A DNA stretch of 54,107 nucleotides, counting the filler, from Squatina squatina (taxonomy: Eukaryota): the NCBI GenBank assembly GCA_031763465.1. It is 3 parts of 3 records of this genome, joined end to end, with 100 filler letters (N's around TTAATTAATTAA, not from the genome) between each part and the next. Parts side by side here need not be neighbours in the genome. Positions count along the whole stretch, not along the records: positions 1 to 14,949 come from JARFOE010000115.1; positions 15,050 to 28,958 come from JARFOE010000001.1; 1 more part is not named here. One strand, given 5' to 3'. The notes beneath the pieces were generated by a model. It saw only the letters and a program-made list of their open reading frames with translations. It was not told the origin of the DNA and ran no database searches. The number at the start of each line of letters is the position of its first letter. Position 1 is the first letter of the stretch. This document shows, one piece after another, positions 13,093-25,570 of the stretch. The translations under genes were made by a program, and so were the position numbers.

Positions 13093-13650
13093 ATAGACAC
13101 AATCTGTTTTTTTTAACCCTTCAAGCTGCTAGACGCTGGAAGACAACTCCCTGTACACATGGATCATGTCAGTGCCTGCATATCACATTTTTCCTCAAAA
13201 GGAATGATTTGTTAATAAACTCAGAAGTGGTTTGTTGCCGAGACATGTCAACTTGTCCCGCAAGAAAAAGAAATACGATCAAATGATTAACCGTGCCAAT
13301 GGTTTATACAGTTGTAATATATGATAGACAAAAAAGAGATGGGTGGGAATTTTAAACCTCCCATGCCTTGTAGAAACTGGATGGGTGGGAAATTACAATG
13401 GCCTATGCAACTTGCCCCTCCGATCACTGTTACTTTCCTGACATTAACCCGCTCATTTTTGCAAACCAGAAGGAACCTGCCTGAAGGCAGTGGGGTCCTT
13501 CTTTAAGTACATGGATCAGACTTTAATGTCATTGGGGCCAGACTGCAATATTAACCTCAGGCCTGCGTAAAGAAGCTCTGTGGTTTCCCCACCAGGCCAA
13601 TCCTGCTGAGAACAGGAGCTAAGGCCAAAAGAGACTCAGGTAACTTTAAA

Positions 13651-13990
13651 TTTGGGGGGCGCCCAATTGGCACTCTGATGCTAGCACTAAATGGGTGTAG
13701 AATGGGCATCAGGGGTCGAACGCCCATTTCTGGTGCTAAATTGAAATTTGCGTAATTGGCATCAGTTTAGCACCGATGCTAAACGGGCGCTAGAAACGTG
13801 GCGCTAGGTGCAAAACAGCCTCCGTGACATCATCAAAGGGCGCACCGCCCAAAGCGCTGTGAATTCATAAGGCACTAAAGTGGCGGTGACACCGCCTGCT
13901 TTTTTGAGGCGGAGTATAAAAATGAGCACTCTTTCAACTGGTGTGCCGGGCTTCCATTTTAATGGCAGAAAGCGCCGCCTCATTGTTACA
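13651..13990. mobile_element. CpG-rich putative MITE
   Basis: Repeated ggcgct/tagcacc/gggcg subterminal motifs and no coding signal. Confidence 0.35.
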
Positions 13991-14582
13991 ATCTCTTTCT
14001 TCCCATTTCANNNNNNNNNNNNNNNNNNNNNNNNNNNNNNNNNNNNNNNNNNNNNNNNNNNNNNNNNNNNNNNNNNNNNNNNNNNNNNNNNNNNNNNNNN
14101 NNNNNNNNNNTATTCTGTGGAGAATATGAAGCAATAAACTCTTGCAGAAAATGGAAGGATTACATTGCAGTAACTGGCTAATAACCATAATTATCCTTCA
14201 GGGTGGCCATTATCACACTGATTAAACTCTGTGTCACACCTTGACGAGTGTGACTGCTTCCTACTGCTTCTGGCAAGTTCCTAATATCAAAAAAAAACTG
14301 CTGGAGAATGTCTAACTAAATTTGAACACTAAATATTCCCAACAGTATACACTATATAAAATATAATTATAATATACCTGAGAGATATAGAAGGCAGCAA
14401 TGCAATCTCTGGCATTCTGAGGCCAGTGGAGGAAAAAAAATCACTAATGACAGACTGTGGTATAAATTATTTTATGCAATGCAACCCCCTTCCCCCAACC
14501 AAGGGAAGAGTGTTGTAATTTAATTACTTGTAAACATGCCCGTTCGCTTTTTCCACGGGGCTCCGTGAGACAGCAGCTGCAT

Positions 14583-14683
14583 TTACACCTGAGTGTGAAA
14601 TATGGGATATTTACGGAATAGTTCAAAAATGACGGGGCAACGTGTTTTTTTCTTTGCAAATGGCAAGAACATCGTGATGACAC
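14583..14683 (-). CDS. Candidate unidentified terminal coding exon (GVITMFLPFAKKKTRCPVIFELFRKYPIFHTQV*)
   Basis: Acceptor tttttctctgcattgcacgtaccccag and local CpG enrichment. Phase-1 frame is open to TAA with a PDZ-like TQV end. An alternative frame (CHHDVLAICKEKNTLPRHF*) is also open. Not recognised. Confidence 0.3.
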
Positions 14684-14849
14684 CTGGGGTACGTGCAATG
14701 CAGAGAAAAATGCGGAGGTTGGGATTTGAATCCTACACCCGCAGTTCTGCATCACAAACTTGCAGCATTGCTTTTCTCAAGAGATTGCAATAGGCACATT
14801 AGTAGTAATATCAATAACGAGCTGAAACTGCATGTGATTTAAAAAAAAT

Positions 14850-14949
14850 CTGCTCTCCATTCTTCCTATCAAAGTGGGTTATTACAAACTTCCCCACATT
14901 ATACGCCATCTGCCTCCTTTTAGCCACATCACGTAACCAATCTATATAT
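14850..14949 (-). mobile_element. CR1 LINE RT fragment
   Basis: IDWLRDVAKRRQMAYNVGKFVITHFDRKNG resembles CR1 'DIDRL.EWA..WQM.YNV.KCEV.HFG'. Confidence 0.6.
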
Positions 14950-15049
14950 NNNNNNNNNNNNNNNNNNNNNNNNNNNNNNNNNNNNNNNNNNNNTTAATTA
15001 ATTAANNNNNNNNNNNNNNNNNNNNNNNNNNNNNNNNNNNNNNNNNNNN
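14950..15049. other. Artificial assembly linker N44-TTAATTAATTAA-N44
   Basis: Six-frame stop 12-mer at 14994-15005 centred in a 100-base spacer. Confidence 0.95.
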
Positions 15050-15233
15050 GCTAATAGAAGATTTGGCAATTTAGTTTACAGAAAGGCAAGTTGATTTTTG
15101 AGGGAATAGAAAATTAATAACCATGCGCTGTTTTTAACATTTTCTTAATGGGTAAGGACAATACATTAATAAATGATAATACTTGGACTGCATGAGGCCA
15201 GTGTTTGAAAACTTTCCAATATGTTGCTTACAG

Positions 15234-15315
15234 GTGAGGTCTACATTTTGGCAAGCAGTAAGAGTGTGACACAAGCGCACAGTGGGAAGCTCTACAAACT
15301 GATTGATCCAAAAAG
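15234..15315 (+). CDS. HHIP: Hedgehog-interacting protein, internal exon (end of beta-propeller)
   Basis: ttacag|GT GAG...AAA AG|gtacag, 82 bp. Encodes GEVYILASSKSVTQAHSGKLYKLIDPKR versus recalled human GEVYILSSSKSMTQTHNGKLYKIVDPKR. Absent from the ORF track. Confidence 0.95.
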
Positions 15316-18087
15316 GTACAGCCCTGGCAAGTGTTCATGGAACAGATAGTGTTCAGTTTATGCACCACATGGTATCAATCGGTGTCATTATATCTACTTG
15401 GCAGCCGATATAAAGAATGAGTGAAAATAATGCAGACAGCACCATCAAACTCTTCAGTTATGAGGGTAAAAAGATTATCTCACATCTGTATTTTGTTAAC
15501 CACTAAACATTAGGCACAGGTAAAGCAGATGTCATGGTACCTGGAGCAAAGTAATAAAACCTTGGAATTGCAAAACACGCCTTTGATGATTGAAAAATAA
15601 TTTGTAAAACTTTTACGCATTTAACTTTAACCATTTAATTGCAGAAGCTTCAGTGAGGATTAAAATGTGTCTCTTTTTTTAATACTGATTGTCAATCAAG
15701 GCTTTACAACATTGCAATGATTGTGCTTACCTCAGCAGTCATTAAAGCAGAACTAAATGCCAGTTTCACTGGTAACTCTTGTGTGTCCATAAAATTATGA
15801 AGATATAATCAGATTGTCAATAACTTTTACTGAATTACATCATCGTGGAAAATAGCCATCCAGATGTTCAGGTTTTTGGGGGCATTTATGCCAGTATGCA
15901 TAATCTGATGCAGGTTCAACAATCTGAGGAGGTCCTGTCTCCCATATTAAGTAGTTTGAAATGTTCGGCAACCATCTGCTCAGCTCGACAGAATTTATTT
16001 TCAGGACTTCATAGCTTTTTTTTTCTTGCTGTCATTGTTTATTATCCATTGTCATCTTTGACACTCTTCTGATTTCATTGATCTACTAGTGAGGGTAGTC
16101 AGTGGTCTCAGTTTCTTATTTTTTGTTACTAACTGCATAGTTTCATNNNNNNNNNNNNNNNNNNNNNNNNNNNNNNNNNNNNNNNNNNNNNNNNNNNNNN
16201 NNNNNNNNNNNNNNNNNNNNNNNNNNNNNNNNNNNNNNNNNNNNNNGTGATCATGAAAGGCGCTATATAAATGCAAGTCTTTATATAAATAGAAGTTGTT
16301 GGTTCATCAAGAGATGGCATACGTAAACCACACTCATCTGGTCCTAGTAGTCAAGAAGTCTACATTTCTTTTGATCCAAAGGGACAATTATTATGTAAGC
16401 CATATCAGAACAGGGTTGCACCTAGCTAGACATCATGTCAGATAACTAACAAATGTTATCATGTCAGATAACTCACAAATCTTTCCACATTAGATTAAGT
16501 GATTCAGTTTCTTGGACTGTGTGAGTTAGTTTGCACATTGTGCCTGTTAGAGTATTTGTATCTGATTTCAAGGGATTGGCTTGCCTGACCTTGGTTTTGT
16601 GCTCATGTTGCCCAAACTAGCGGGGTGGTCTTGAACTGAAATATCTTGAAGGTTACACTGGGACCTCACATTGCATTGGGCTGACTGTGATGGGTTATAG
16701 TGGCGATGTGATGAACATAATGTGCTGCATTGGCTGAATAAGAGTGGCTCCTGTATTTTGGAAGTTTACTCAGTCTTTGTTCCCAGTGGATGACTGGTTG
16801 GAGTAATCCCAATAGTGTCTGCCTTTAAACTATTACTTAAAATATACTCTTTTGCCAGTAATGTTTTAAAAACATATTTTAAGTTTTATATAATGTTTGG
16901 CTATTCACTCTTCCTCCTGAATTAACATCATTCTTTGTAAGGAATGACGTACTAAATTTAGCACTATGTTATGTTTAATTTGGCCGGTGAGCAAAACATT
17001 GCCACAGATTGCTTATCTCAATTACCCAGCCACACGCAGAAACCATTCCCTTAAGAGCTTTAATAATAATTTGTGTGCATTTCAACTTTCCAAACACTTA
17101 AACTAACTTTAGGGAACGGTAGTAAATTCTCCTTGCCCTCTCTTGTGATAGATGTTACGTTGATAAATTCCCACAGTGACTGTTGACCCAGCTGTTTGGT
17201 CAAGTGCTTGTGCAGCAGGTGTTGTTTTCATGGCCACCCCGACAGTAATACAAACTGTTTAGTAGTTGTGCTGACCTCTGAGCTATTACCATCAATGCAA
17301 AGCAGACTGGGTATCATTTTTCAAAACTGTCATAGCTTTTAAAGGCTGTGGGCCAGAAGATGCCAGTACAGTATTAATCTCCTGCTAGTTTCAGTCACAA
17401 TGTTCTGACACCAGAAGTCATGCATTAATGCATTACTATTTTAATTTCCTCTTGGTACAGTTATCCAACAGAGAAAAATAACCCCAGTTATTTTTACAAA
17501 AGAAAATTCTTTTCCACTGCCTTACCTAAAAAAGATTAATGTTAGTGTAATTCTTCAAATTACTTTCAATGATTTTCCACTACCAATCTTGGGCATTGGT
17601 TCAATATTTTCTCAATAAATATTGATTGATGTGACTCCCACAGTTATAGAATTGAGTACAAGTGGACCACAAAGTTGCATGGCTGATGTTTNNNNNNNNN
17701 NNNNNNNNNNNNNNNNNNNNNNNNNNNNNNNNNNNNNNNNNNNNNNNNNNNNNNNNNNNNNNNNNNNNNNNNNNNNNNNNNNNNNNNNNNNGCATGCGAT
17801 TCCTGTACTGAGGATCAACAAAAAAATGTTTTATGATTCTGAGGGAGCCAAGGTTGAACTTCCCCTTCCAAGTCCAGCAGAAACACGTTTATATGTGTAA
17901 AAAGGGATTCTGCAAACTTCTGCCAGCAGAGTGGGAGCAGCCCCGAGGAAATTTCCGGCATATATCTTGTACAGGCTACTTGACTAAATGAGATATTGGC
18001 CCAGAATTTCCTCAGAGATGTTCCCGCTCTGCCACAACACCTTCACTAGAAGTGAAGACCGTGGAAACCACATTTGCACAAGTAAAA

Positions 18088-18320
18088 TTTGACCAGATGA
18101 CCCAGTTTTTGAGGAAGTGTCCCGGTGTCCCGACACTTACCTCAAAAGTGCTCAAATGTCCCAGTTTTTTGTGCCCACTCGACTGCGCATGTGCAGTTAC
18201 AGCGAAGAACTGACTGCGCATGCGTAGTTCTGGCGAAGACCGGACCGCGCATGCGCAGCCCTGGTGGAGACCAGGAGCCTGATTGTCCCGGTTTGGGACT
18301 CTTCTGATTTGGTCACCCTA
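18088..18320. mobile_element. hAT-Blackjack-like MITE in HHIP intron
   Basis: Right TIR tggtcacccta, decayed left TIR tgaccagatgaccc, internal gtcccg repeats and three (T/C)GCGCATG(C/T)G motifs. Confidence 0.55.
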
Positions 18321-18893
18321 TTTTGCTGCACTTCCAGCAAAGTTGCACAGCTCTGAGGATGTCCATTGTTGACCACGATGTGTTTTTTTTAATGGCTTAA
18401 AGCCACCTTTTTTTATCATTAGTCTGTTACGTAAAGTTATAATTCAATTATTTTTTTCGGTTCCTGAAGTATAAGCACCAGAGTTAGTTCCTGTCTCTAA
18501 TTACATGTATGTAGTAATAGAGATTTAGGTAAAAGTGCAGCATCTAGAAATTTATGCTGTATGAAATTACACCAAAGAAGTCATTATTGCATTTGAAATA
18601 AACTGATTAAATCCTCTGAAATAGTAAACAAAATAATGTTATACAAACGCAGTGTGTCCATTTGTGAATGTTGAACAGCATCATTTCTAGGCTAAGCTGT
18701 TTTCTATTTTAATTAACAGTTTTTAATCATTAAAATAAAACTTTACATTTAAAAGATCATCAGCAAACTATTGATTGATCTGAGCGATTGAATTGGTTCT
18801 GTTGATAAAATCTGATGAATCAGTGGAGGATTGATGTAACACACTTCTCAGCTAAATAACACAAACATTTGGCATTTCTTTATTTTAAAATAG

Positions 18894-19042
18894 AGCTTTG
18901 GTTCCAGAAGAATGTAAGAGATCAGTGCAGCTTCCACAGCCAGTAGCATCAGAGTGCTCAAGTCAGTGTAGGAATGGACATTGCACTCCAACAGGAAAAT
19001 GCTGCTGTAGTCCAGGCTGGGAGGGAGAGTTCTGCATTGTGG
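18894..19042 (+). CDS. HHIP: Hedgehog-interacting protein exon encoding EGF-like domain 1
   Basis: aaatag|A GCT...GTG G|gtaagt, 149 bp, phase-compatible with the 15234 exon. Encodes ALVPEECKRSVQLPQPVASECSSQCRNGHCTPTGKCCCSPGWEGEFCIV (human ...CRNGYCTPTGKCCCSPGWEGDFC). Confidence 0.95.
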
Positions 19043-19094
19043 GTAAGTAATTTTTCTTGTATTTTTAAGGAAATCAGAAAAGATAATGGATCAA

Positions 19095-19347
19095 TTACTA
19101 GAAGTGGCATAGAATACAAGTGCAGGGAGGTTATGCTTGAACTGTATAAAACACTAGTTAGGCCACAGCTAGAGTACTGTGTATAGTTCTGGTCACCACA
19201 TTACAGGAAAGATGAGATTGCACTTGGGAGGGTACAGAGGAGATTTACGTGGATGTTGCCAGGACTGAAGAATTTTAGCTATGAGGAAAGATTGGATAGG
19301 CTGGGGTTGTTTTATTTGGAACAGAGGAGGCTGAGGGGAGACTGAAT
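19095..19347 (+). mobile_element. CR1 LINE RT C-terminal fragment
   Basis: GIEYKCREVMLELYKTLVRPQLEYCV*FWSPHYRKD...LGRVQRRFT.MLPGL...SYEERLDRLGLF.LEQRRLRGD. Confidence 0.9.
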
Positions 19348-20706
19348 NNNNNNNNNNNNNNNNNNNNNNNNNNNNNNNNNNNNNNNNNNNNNNNNNNNNN
19401 NNNNNNNNNNNNNNNNNNNNNNNNNNNNNNNNNNNNNNNNNNNNNNNGTACACAAAAAGACTGCTTTGCTTGCATACAAAACAACAGCTACTGCATTTCA
19501 AAATCATTCATTGCGCATGTTTCTGAGAGATACGATAAAATGCTGTGTTTTTTGTTCTTGAAATGTGCACAGCTGATACATTTTTCAGATGTTCTTGTCT
19601 AGAGTGAAATGCTGGAAAGTTGCAAGCAGCGCACATTTTTATAATGTGCTTGAATATTTTTTAGTTTATAATAAATTGAGTGATATCGCGCCTGACAGTT
19701 TGTAGTAAAGCAATACAAAACTTTTCTGTAACTAGTTCATAATCGGCATTAGAAATTACAGAAAAAAATTGCACAAGGAAATTAAGGCTCAGAACTTTGT
19801 TCCTTTGGAGAATTTTAATCTTCCATCTCTAGGTCTACTTGCTATTAACGCCCCATAAGAGTGGTCGTAATTTCTCCCCCACGACTCTGCCTCAGACTAT
19901 TAATAATGACTCTCCTGCCTAGTTCCCTCCCCAAGCTTGCCACCAGAGCCATCAGTCATGACACTACAATTTAATTCCACCCACCCTCCTTTCACCACCA
20001 GAAGGTAAATGCCACAGTCTCTGCTTACTGCCTTCCTGCACAGTGCAGTTCAGGTTGGGAACTGAGTTTATTGGGGATCAAAGCCCATTCTATTGCTCCA
20101 CACATTTTTGCTTGACGCTTCGTGCCACGGCACCATTTGGTGAATTTCGGTACAATGAAAATGACATTTTCAACAGGGTCCTCTGTCTATAAGTGTTACC
20201 CTTAACTGTAATTTCCAGTAAAAGTATAGAATGAATAGGATGCTGAATCCTTTTTATTTAAAAAAAAGAACCATATATTTTTCTTATACTGCCGTCTGTG
20301 GAGGTTTATAATTGCCTGCAACACTGATTTTCTCAAATTAAAAAAAGTTATATAATGTATAGTGATAGGAATCAAATTTTAAAAAGCATTAACTGACAAA
20401 AAGATTTGCAGCCATGTGCTGTTAAATGTAATCTCACATTTCCATATTGGTCAAAGTCTCAAACAAGATCATATTTTTGTTTACACAATGCTAGAACATA
20501 AGCAATCTATTTATTTTTAAAATAATTCCACAGTCATATTTGTACTTAATTTTAATTTATGGGAATGCAGATTCTCCATGCATGTGGGGCAAGAAAAATT
20601 CATAAAATAATTCTATTGTTTGGTTCATCACCATTAACTTACAATTTTTAAATATTTTATTTTGGCCTTTTATTCAGATTTACTTTTTCATTATTTTCCT
20701 CGGCAG

Positions 20707-20915
20707 CAGTTTGCCAGCAGCCCAGAAAGGGTGGGAACTGTAACACCCCTACATGGCGATGGTTCTTTAATGTGGACACCAGACAGTGTGAACAGTTTCT
20801 CTATAGTGGTTGCCAGGGAAACAAAAACAGATTCAACTCACAAGAAGAGTGTGAAAAAACCTGCTTACCAAGAAACCATCAAGACACAGAACTGATACAA
20901 GAGATGGATAAATAA
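20707..20915 (+). CDS. Kunitz/BPTI-domain terminal coding exon, possibly an HHIP alternative last exon
   Basis: Long pyrimidine tract then cag|CA GTT TGC (phase 1). Encodes AVCQQPRKGGNCNTPTWRWFFNVDTRQCEQFLYSGCQGNKNRFNSQEECEKTCLPRNHQDTELIQEMDK*, with exact Kunitz spacing C-x8-C-x15-C-x7-C-x12-C-x3-C and the F-x-Y-S-G-C-x-G-N-x-N-R-F motif. The ORF track shows a different frame here. Confidence 0.9.
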
Positions 20916-22590
20916 ACTCTTGGCCTGCCATCTTTTAGTTTCTTTCACACTGAGAAAAAGAACAAATACATTTCAAGATAATTTTTACTTTTTTGATGTA
21001 TATTTTACATGGGACTAAAAGATTTTAAAACTCAAAAATGGGAAAACAGGTTACTTCAGGTTTTTATTGTCTAACCTTAAATTTATTTTAAAATTATGTG
21101 TAATATCTGAAATGAGATTTTAGAAACCGTGATATCTTAAAACTAAAGGTCAGAAAAATGCATAAGCTCATTACTGGTCTGTCATTCATCGGATTCTAAT
21201 TGGTGTACGTAGATTTTAAAAAAAGACATTTAAATGTATAATTTCTTTTAAAATTTAATATATTGTTTATGTAAATGCATGCTTAATGTCCTCAAGAATA
21301 CAGTATTATACTGTGACCATTGAGCTGATGAATTGTATTTTTAAACATAACCTGTTACGTACTGTATTGCATCTGTTATTATGCTATATGTAAACAGCAG
21401 CAAATATGCTAAAGTATATTTTTATTACACTAGCTGCAAAAACACTTGACCACTGACAGTTCTCTTGAACTGCTATGGCTCCCTTGGCGGGCCCATATCT
21501 AGATGTTCATTAAGCTGTAATCCAGTGGTGAAAGGGGAGAGAGTTATTGATATCAATTTGACGAAGGAGCCATTGGTGAGCCAAAAGTTAACAGGTTATT
21601 AGAAACATATTTTTAGATGCTGGAGGTGAGATCTCAAACTNNNNNNNNNNNNNNNNNNNNNNNNNNNNNNNNNNNNNNNNNNNNNNNNNNNNNNNNNNNN
21701 NNNNNNNNNNNNNNNNNNNNNNNNNNNNNNNNNNNNNNNNGTAGATTCAGAATGTTTGCTACTATTGTCATAACCAGGCATTGATATAAGCGGCACGAAA
21801 ATGCACTGCTCTTATGCAGAGCTTTGACGTAGGGAAAGATTAGTACGAGGATCTGAATAAATTGATCATAACTGATTTGGGTTAAAACTTGGTTAAGCAC
21901 AGCAACTCTTCACTGAAAATATCAACGGCAACTTAGATAATGTATGAACATATCAATTTGTGGCTGGAAATTTCTCCATGTGTTATCCTAATGCATACTT
22001 GAGTTAGGTGCATGACTGTCCATGAATAAATGCAATGCAAGGAGGAATATCTAGCCATTTTTCATGTCATAATTTGCACCGATTATAGCTTGTTCAGTGG
22101 GACTTTTCCAAAGCCAGCTTGGACTGCAGCATTTTAATTCAATTAGCTTTCTGCTAATGTTTTTCGGAGGGGCTGTGGGAAACGNNNNNNNNNNTGGGAA
22201 AAGTTCACTTTGTACAGCTGGATGAGTTCACCTTCGTAATGGTCTACTATTGATTTGGAAAACAAATGAGGGGGCTTTGTTTATTGTAATACTAAGCTCC
22301 TTGGCAGGATCCATGAGTTAACCACTTGTTAAAGCAGATTTCTTACCGTCATGTACCCTCAATCCGGTGGAAAGGCAGGGCCACAGGTTTCTCCGCAACA
22401 ACTATCATGACCACTCAAAGTGCATGGTTTGAGGCATCCTTTTTATTTTGCCTCCATTCAATGTAGAACACTTTGCTTCCATATAGTATTAAAATTCATG
22501 ATTTCTACACCAATTAAAGAAAAAAGAAAACCAGCAGCAGTTGAAATAGCCTTCAAAGTGCATCAAAACAACTTTTGCCTTAATATTCAG

Positions 22591-22821
22591 TCATCTAATG
22601 CAGCGATACATCATGAAGTCTATAGTGGTACATCTCGGAAATTTGCCAATTGAACTTTCTTCCACTGGAGTGTAGACTTTAATTTGCCTCATATGGGTAT
22701 CTCTTCCATTCTGATGATTGGCTAGTACAGCAATCTGTATCATAAATGTACGGATTGGCTTCTTGTTGACATCAGTGAGTGGAACATGAATCCAACCGCT
22801 GGGCTCCACCAGTTCCAGTTG
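22591..22821 (-). CDS. ANAPC10: Anaphase-promoting complex subunit 10, last coding exon
   Basis: ctacag|CAA CTG. Encodes QLELVEPSGWIHVPLTD...AVLANHQNGRDTHMRQIKVYTPVEESSIGKFPRCTTIDFMMYRCIR*, ending in the APC10 IR tail. Confidence 0.97.
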   Translation of the reverse strand, partial: QLELVEPSGWIHVPLTDVNKKPIRTFMIQIAVLANHQNGRDTHMRQIKVYTPVEESSIGKFPRCTTIDFMMYRCIR

Positions 22822-24769
22822 CTGTAGTTAAATTAAGAAAGGGTATTAAATGTTGTTTCCATTTTATTGCAAGCATAAAAAGGATAAAAATCCAGTACAA
22901 TAGCTGCAAGTTTTTTTTGTAATTAAAAAAGGACACATTAAGCGCAAGGAAAAATAAGCTTTAGAACTGCTTATCAATTTTTAATAGTCCCAACACAAAT
23001 ACACTTGTAAAGTTTTAGCTGAAGGCCATCAGCCATGGGTTTGAAAATATGTTGGGCAACTACAGAAAAATGGTCATTTAAAAAACAAATCTGGCATCAA
23101 GTTGCATATGAAATAACAAGCCACACATACTACATCTCAGCGAAATTCAAGCCATTAGTCTTAAACTAGATCTTCTCTACTCCCAGTCAGTGAAACTATA
23201 CAAGACCCAAAATGCGTTGTGCTATTATGTACGGGCATCACATGTAAATATAATTGTATTGTATAGATCAAGAGCACCAGAACCATACATTTGCCTTTAA
23301 ATAAATTTAGCGTTACTACAAAATAGGGGACCTTTTTCAACTGTGTTCTCCTGGCATGGAACCTCGTCAACTGGGAGCACACATCAGAAAATCACGTGTA
23401 TGCAGCCAATGAATTCCATCCATTATGGCCTGTGCTCTTATAGAAACATAGAAAATAGGTGCNNNNNNNNNNNNNNNNNNNNNNNNNNNNNNNNNNNNNN
23501 NNNNNNNNNNNNNNNNNNNNNNNNNNNNNNNNNNNNNNNNNNNNNNNNNNNNNNNNNNNNNNNNNNNNNNNNNNNNNNNNNNNNNNNNNNNNNNNNNNNN
23601 NNNNNNNNNNNNNNNNNNNNNNNNNNNNNNNNNNNNNNNNNNNNNNNNNNNNNNNNNNNNNNNNNNNNNNNNNNNNNNNNNNNNNNNNNNNNNNNCTGAG
23701 CTGGGATATTTTTTTGAGGAACCCAAGATCTTGGGGCAAAATGAAGTAGAGAAAATTATAAGTGTTGTGTGTGGGGTGAGGAGGGAAGGAAAGAGAAAAA
23801 GCTAGGATGGAAAATAAAGTTTTCACCTGCATAAACCATAGGATGAAGTATTAAATGGAGTTAAAAATGTTAAGATTTCTTTCTCAATATTCTAGTCTTT
23901 TCCAACAATAACAGAGTGAATCTGTATTTTTCCCCATTAGGAAAGAGGAACAAAAAAGTACATTGTGTAAATTTTACTTCAATGCTGAAGTATTGCTAGA
24001 GGGTAGCTAAGCTAACAGCCGTAACTGCCTCTAACATACAAAAATGCATTGTGTTGAATTAAAAGGTAATTGTTTAACTTGGCTGTATAAGGCCCAAATA
24101 GACTTTCAACTATAATAAATCACCCATGCNNNNNNNNNNGAAAGATTTTCCTGGCAAACTTCTGCTATAGTTGATTACATTTACATATCATTCATTTTGT
24201 ATCTTTAAACCAGTTTACTGAGTATTAATGTCAAGACAAAGGAGCCAGGTTTCTCTTCATTAAACTGAATGTAAAACTTGCTTGTATATTAGAGTATTAA
24301 CTCAAAGTATTTCCACTGACATTGAAGTGAGCTTCTAAGTAAAATCTGAATTTTATTTTTAGTTAAAGATGAATCATTTTATATGCTGGAAAGCACATTA
24401 GAGACAACTAACATGTGTATTTAGATGTATATAATTACATAGTTTTCTAAGGTCATCTGGGAATGCTAAATTGGATTGAGCTCATACAATGGAGACAATA
24501 GTAACATTTTCCAAGTGGTTGAACACTTACTCTGAAACTGTAGAGAGCCAACAGCAACCCATTATGCATTAGCATAACCTGCCACCCACATTGCTGAAGA
24601 AACAGCTTTCAAACACATGCATTAAGCTCAAAAACTACTAAATCCTTTAACACCCATNNNNNNNNNNNNNNNNNNNNNNNNNNNNNNNNNNNNNNNNNNN
24701 NNNNNNNNNNNNNNNNNNNNNNNNNNNNNNNNNNNNNNNNNNNNNNNNNNNNNNNNNCTCTTAACAGAT

Positions 24770-25303
24770 ATGTATTTCCAAGTTCCACTCGTTCATCACG
24801 TTTACACAGTCCCTCTCTTAAAGTACTGTACACAGTTCTGGTCCCCATACTATAAAGAGGACACGGAAGCATTGGTGAAAGTGCAAAAAAGATTTACAAG
24901 GATGAGTGATTACAGCTACTGGGAAAGATTGAACAGGCTGGGGCTTTTTCCTTTAGAAAAGAGAAGACAGAGATAACGTGATAGAGGTCTTTAAACTAGG
25001 AATGGCTTCGACATGGTAGATGTGGAGCCATAATTACAAGATACTTACTAATACATCCAATAGGGCAATCAGGAGACATTTCTTTACTCAGAATGTGGAA
25101 CTCACCATCACAGGAAGTAGTTGAGGCAAATAGCTTATATGCTTTCTGAAGGAAACTAGACAAGTACAGGAGAGCAAAATGAATAGAAAGATATATTGAA
25201 TGGCTAAGATGAGGTAGATAGAATGGAAGGAGACTCGTGTGAAGTATAAACACCAGCACAGAATAGTTGGGCCAAATGGCCTGGTTCTGTTTTGTATATT
25301 CTA
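24770..25303 (+). mobile_element. CR1 LINE 3' portion
   Basis: LKYCTQFWSPYYKED..ALVKVQKRFTRM..YSYWERLNRLGLFPLEKRR, followed by a 3' UTR ending gggccaaatggcctggttctg...ttcta. Confidence 0.85.
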
Positions 25304-25570
25304 AGTAACTTAGTATCATCTGCAAACTTGGATATCCAACTCTCTGTTCCGTTCTCCCAGTTATTGATATATATGGTGAAAAGCTGAGGCCCCAGTACAG
25401 ATCCTGGGGAACACCACGTATCACATTCCACCAATCAGAGATCAAACCTTTTATCCCTACTCTCTGTGTCATACCTCCCATGTCACACAGTTATCTCTCA
25501 TTCCATGCACTCTCATTTTTGCTAATAATCTCTTGTACGGAACATCGTCAAATACGTTCTGGAAGTTTGA
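25304..25570 (-). mobile_element. CR1 LINE RT fragment, opposite orientation
   Basis: QRVGIKG..SDW.NV..GVPQ/GSVLGPQLFTIYIN.......ISKFADDTKL. Confidence 0.85.

Noticed and set aside
15729-15790. Possible minus-strand first exon MDTQELPVKLAFSSALMTAE|gtaagc
   Set aside because: Lies in an HHIP intron with no homology or other supporting exons; likely chance.
20662-20895. 77-aa ORF from the track (MAFYSDLLFHYF...)
   Set aside because: Wrong frame; the overlapping frame encodes a canonical Kunitz domain.
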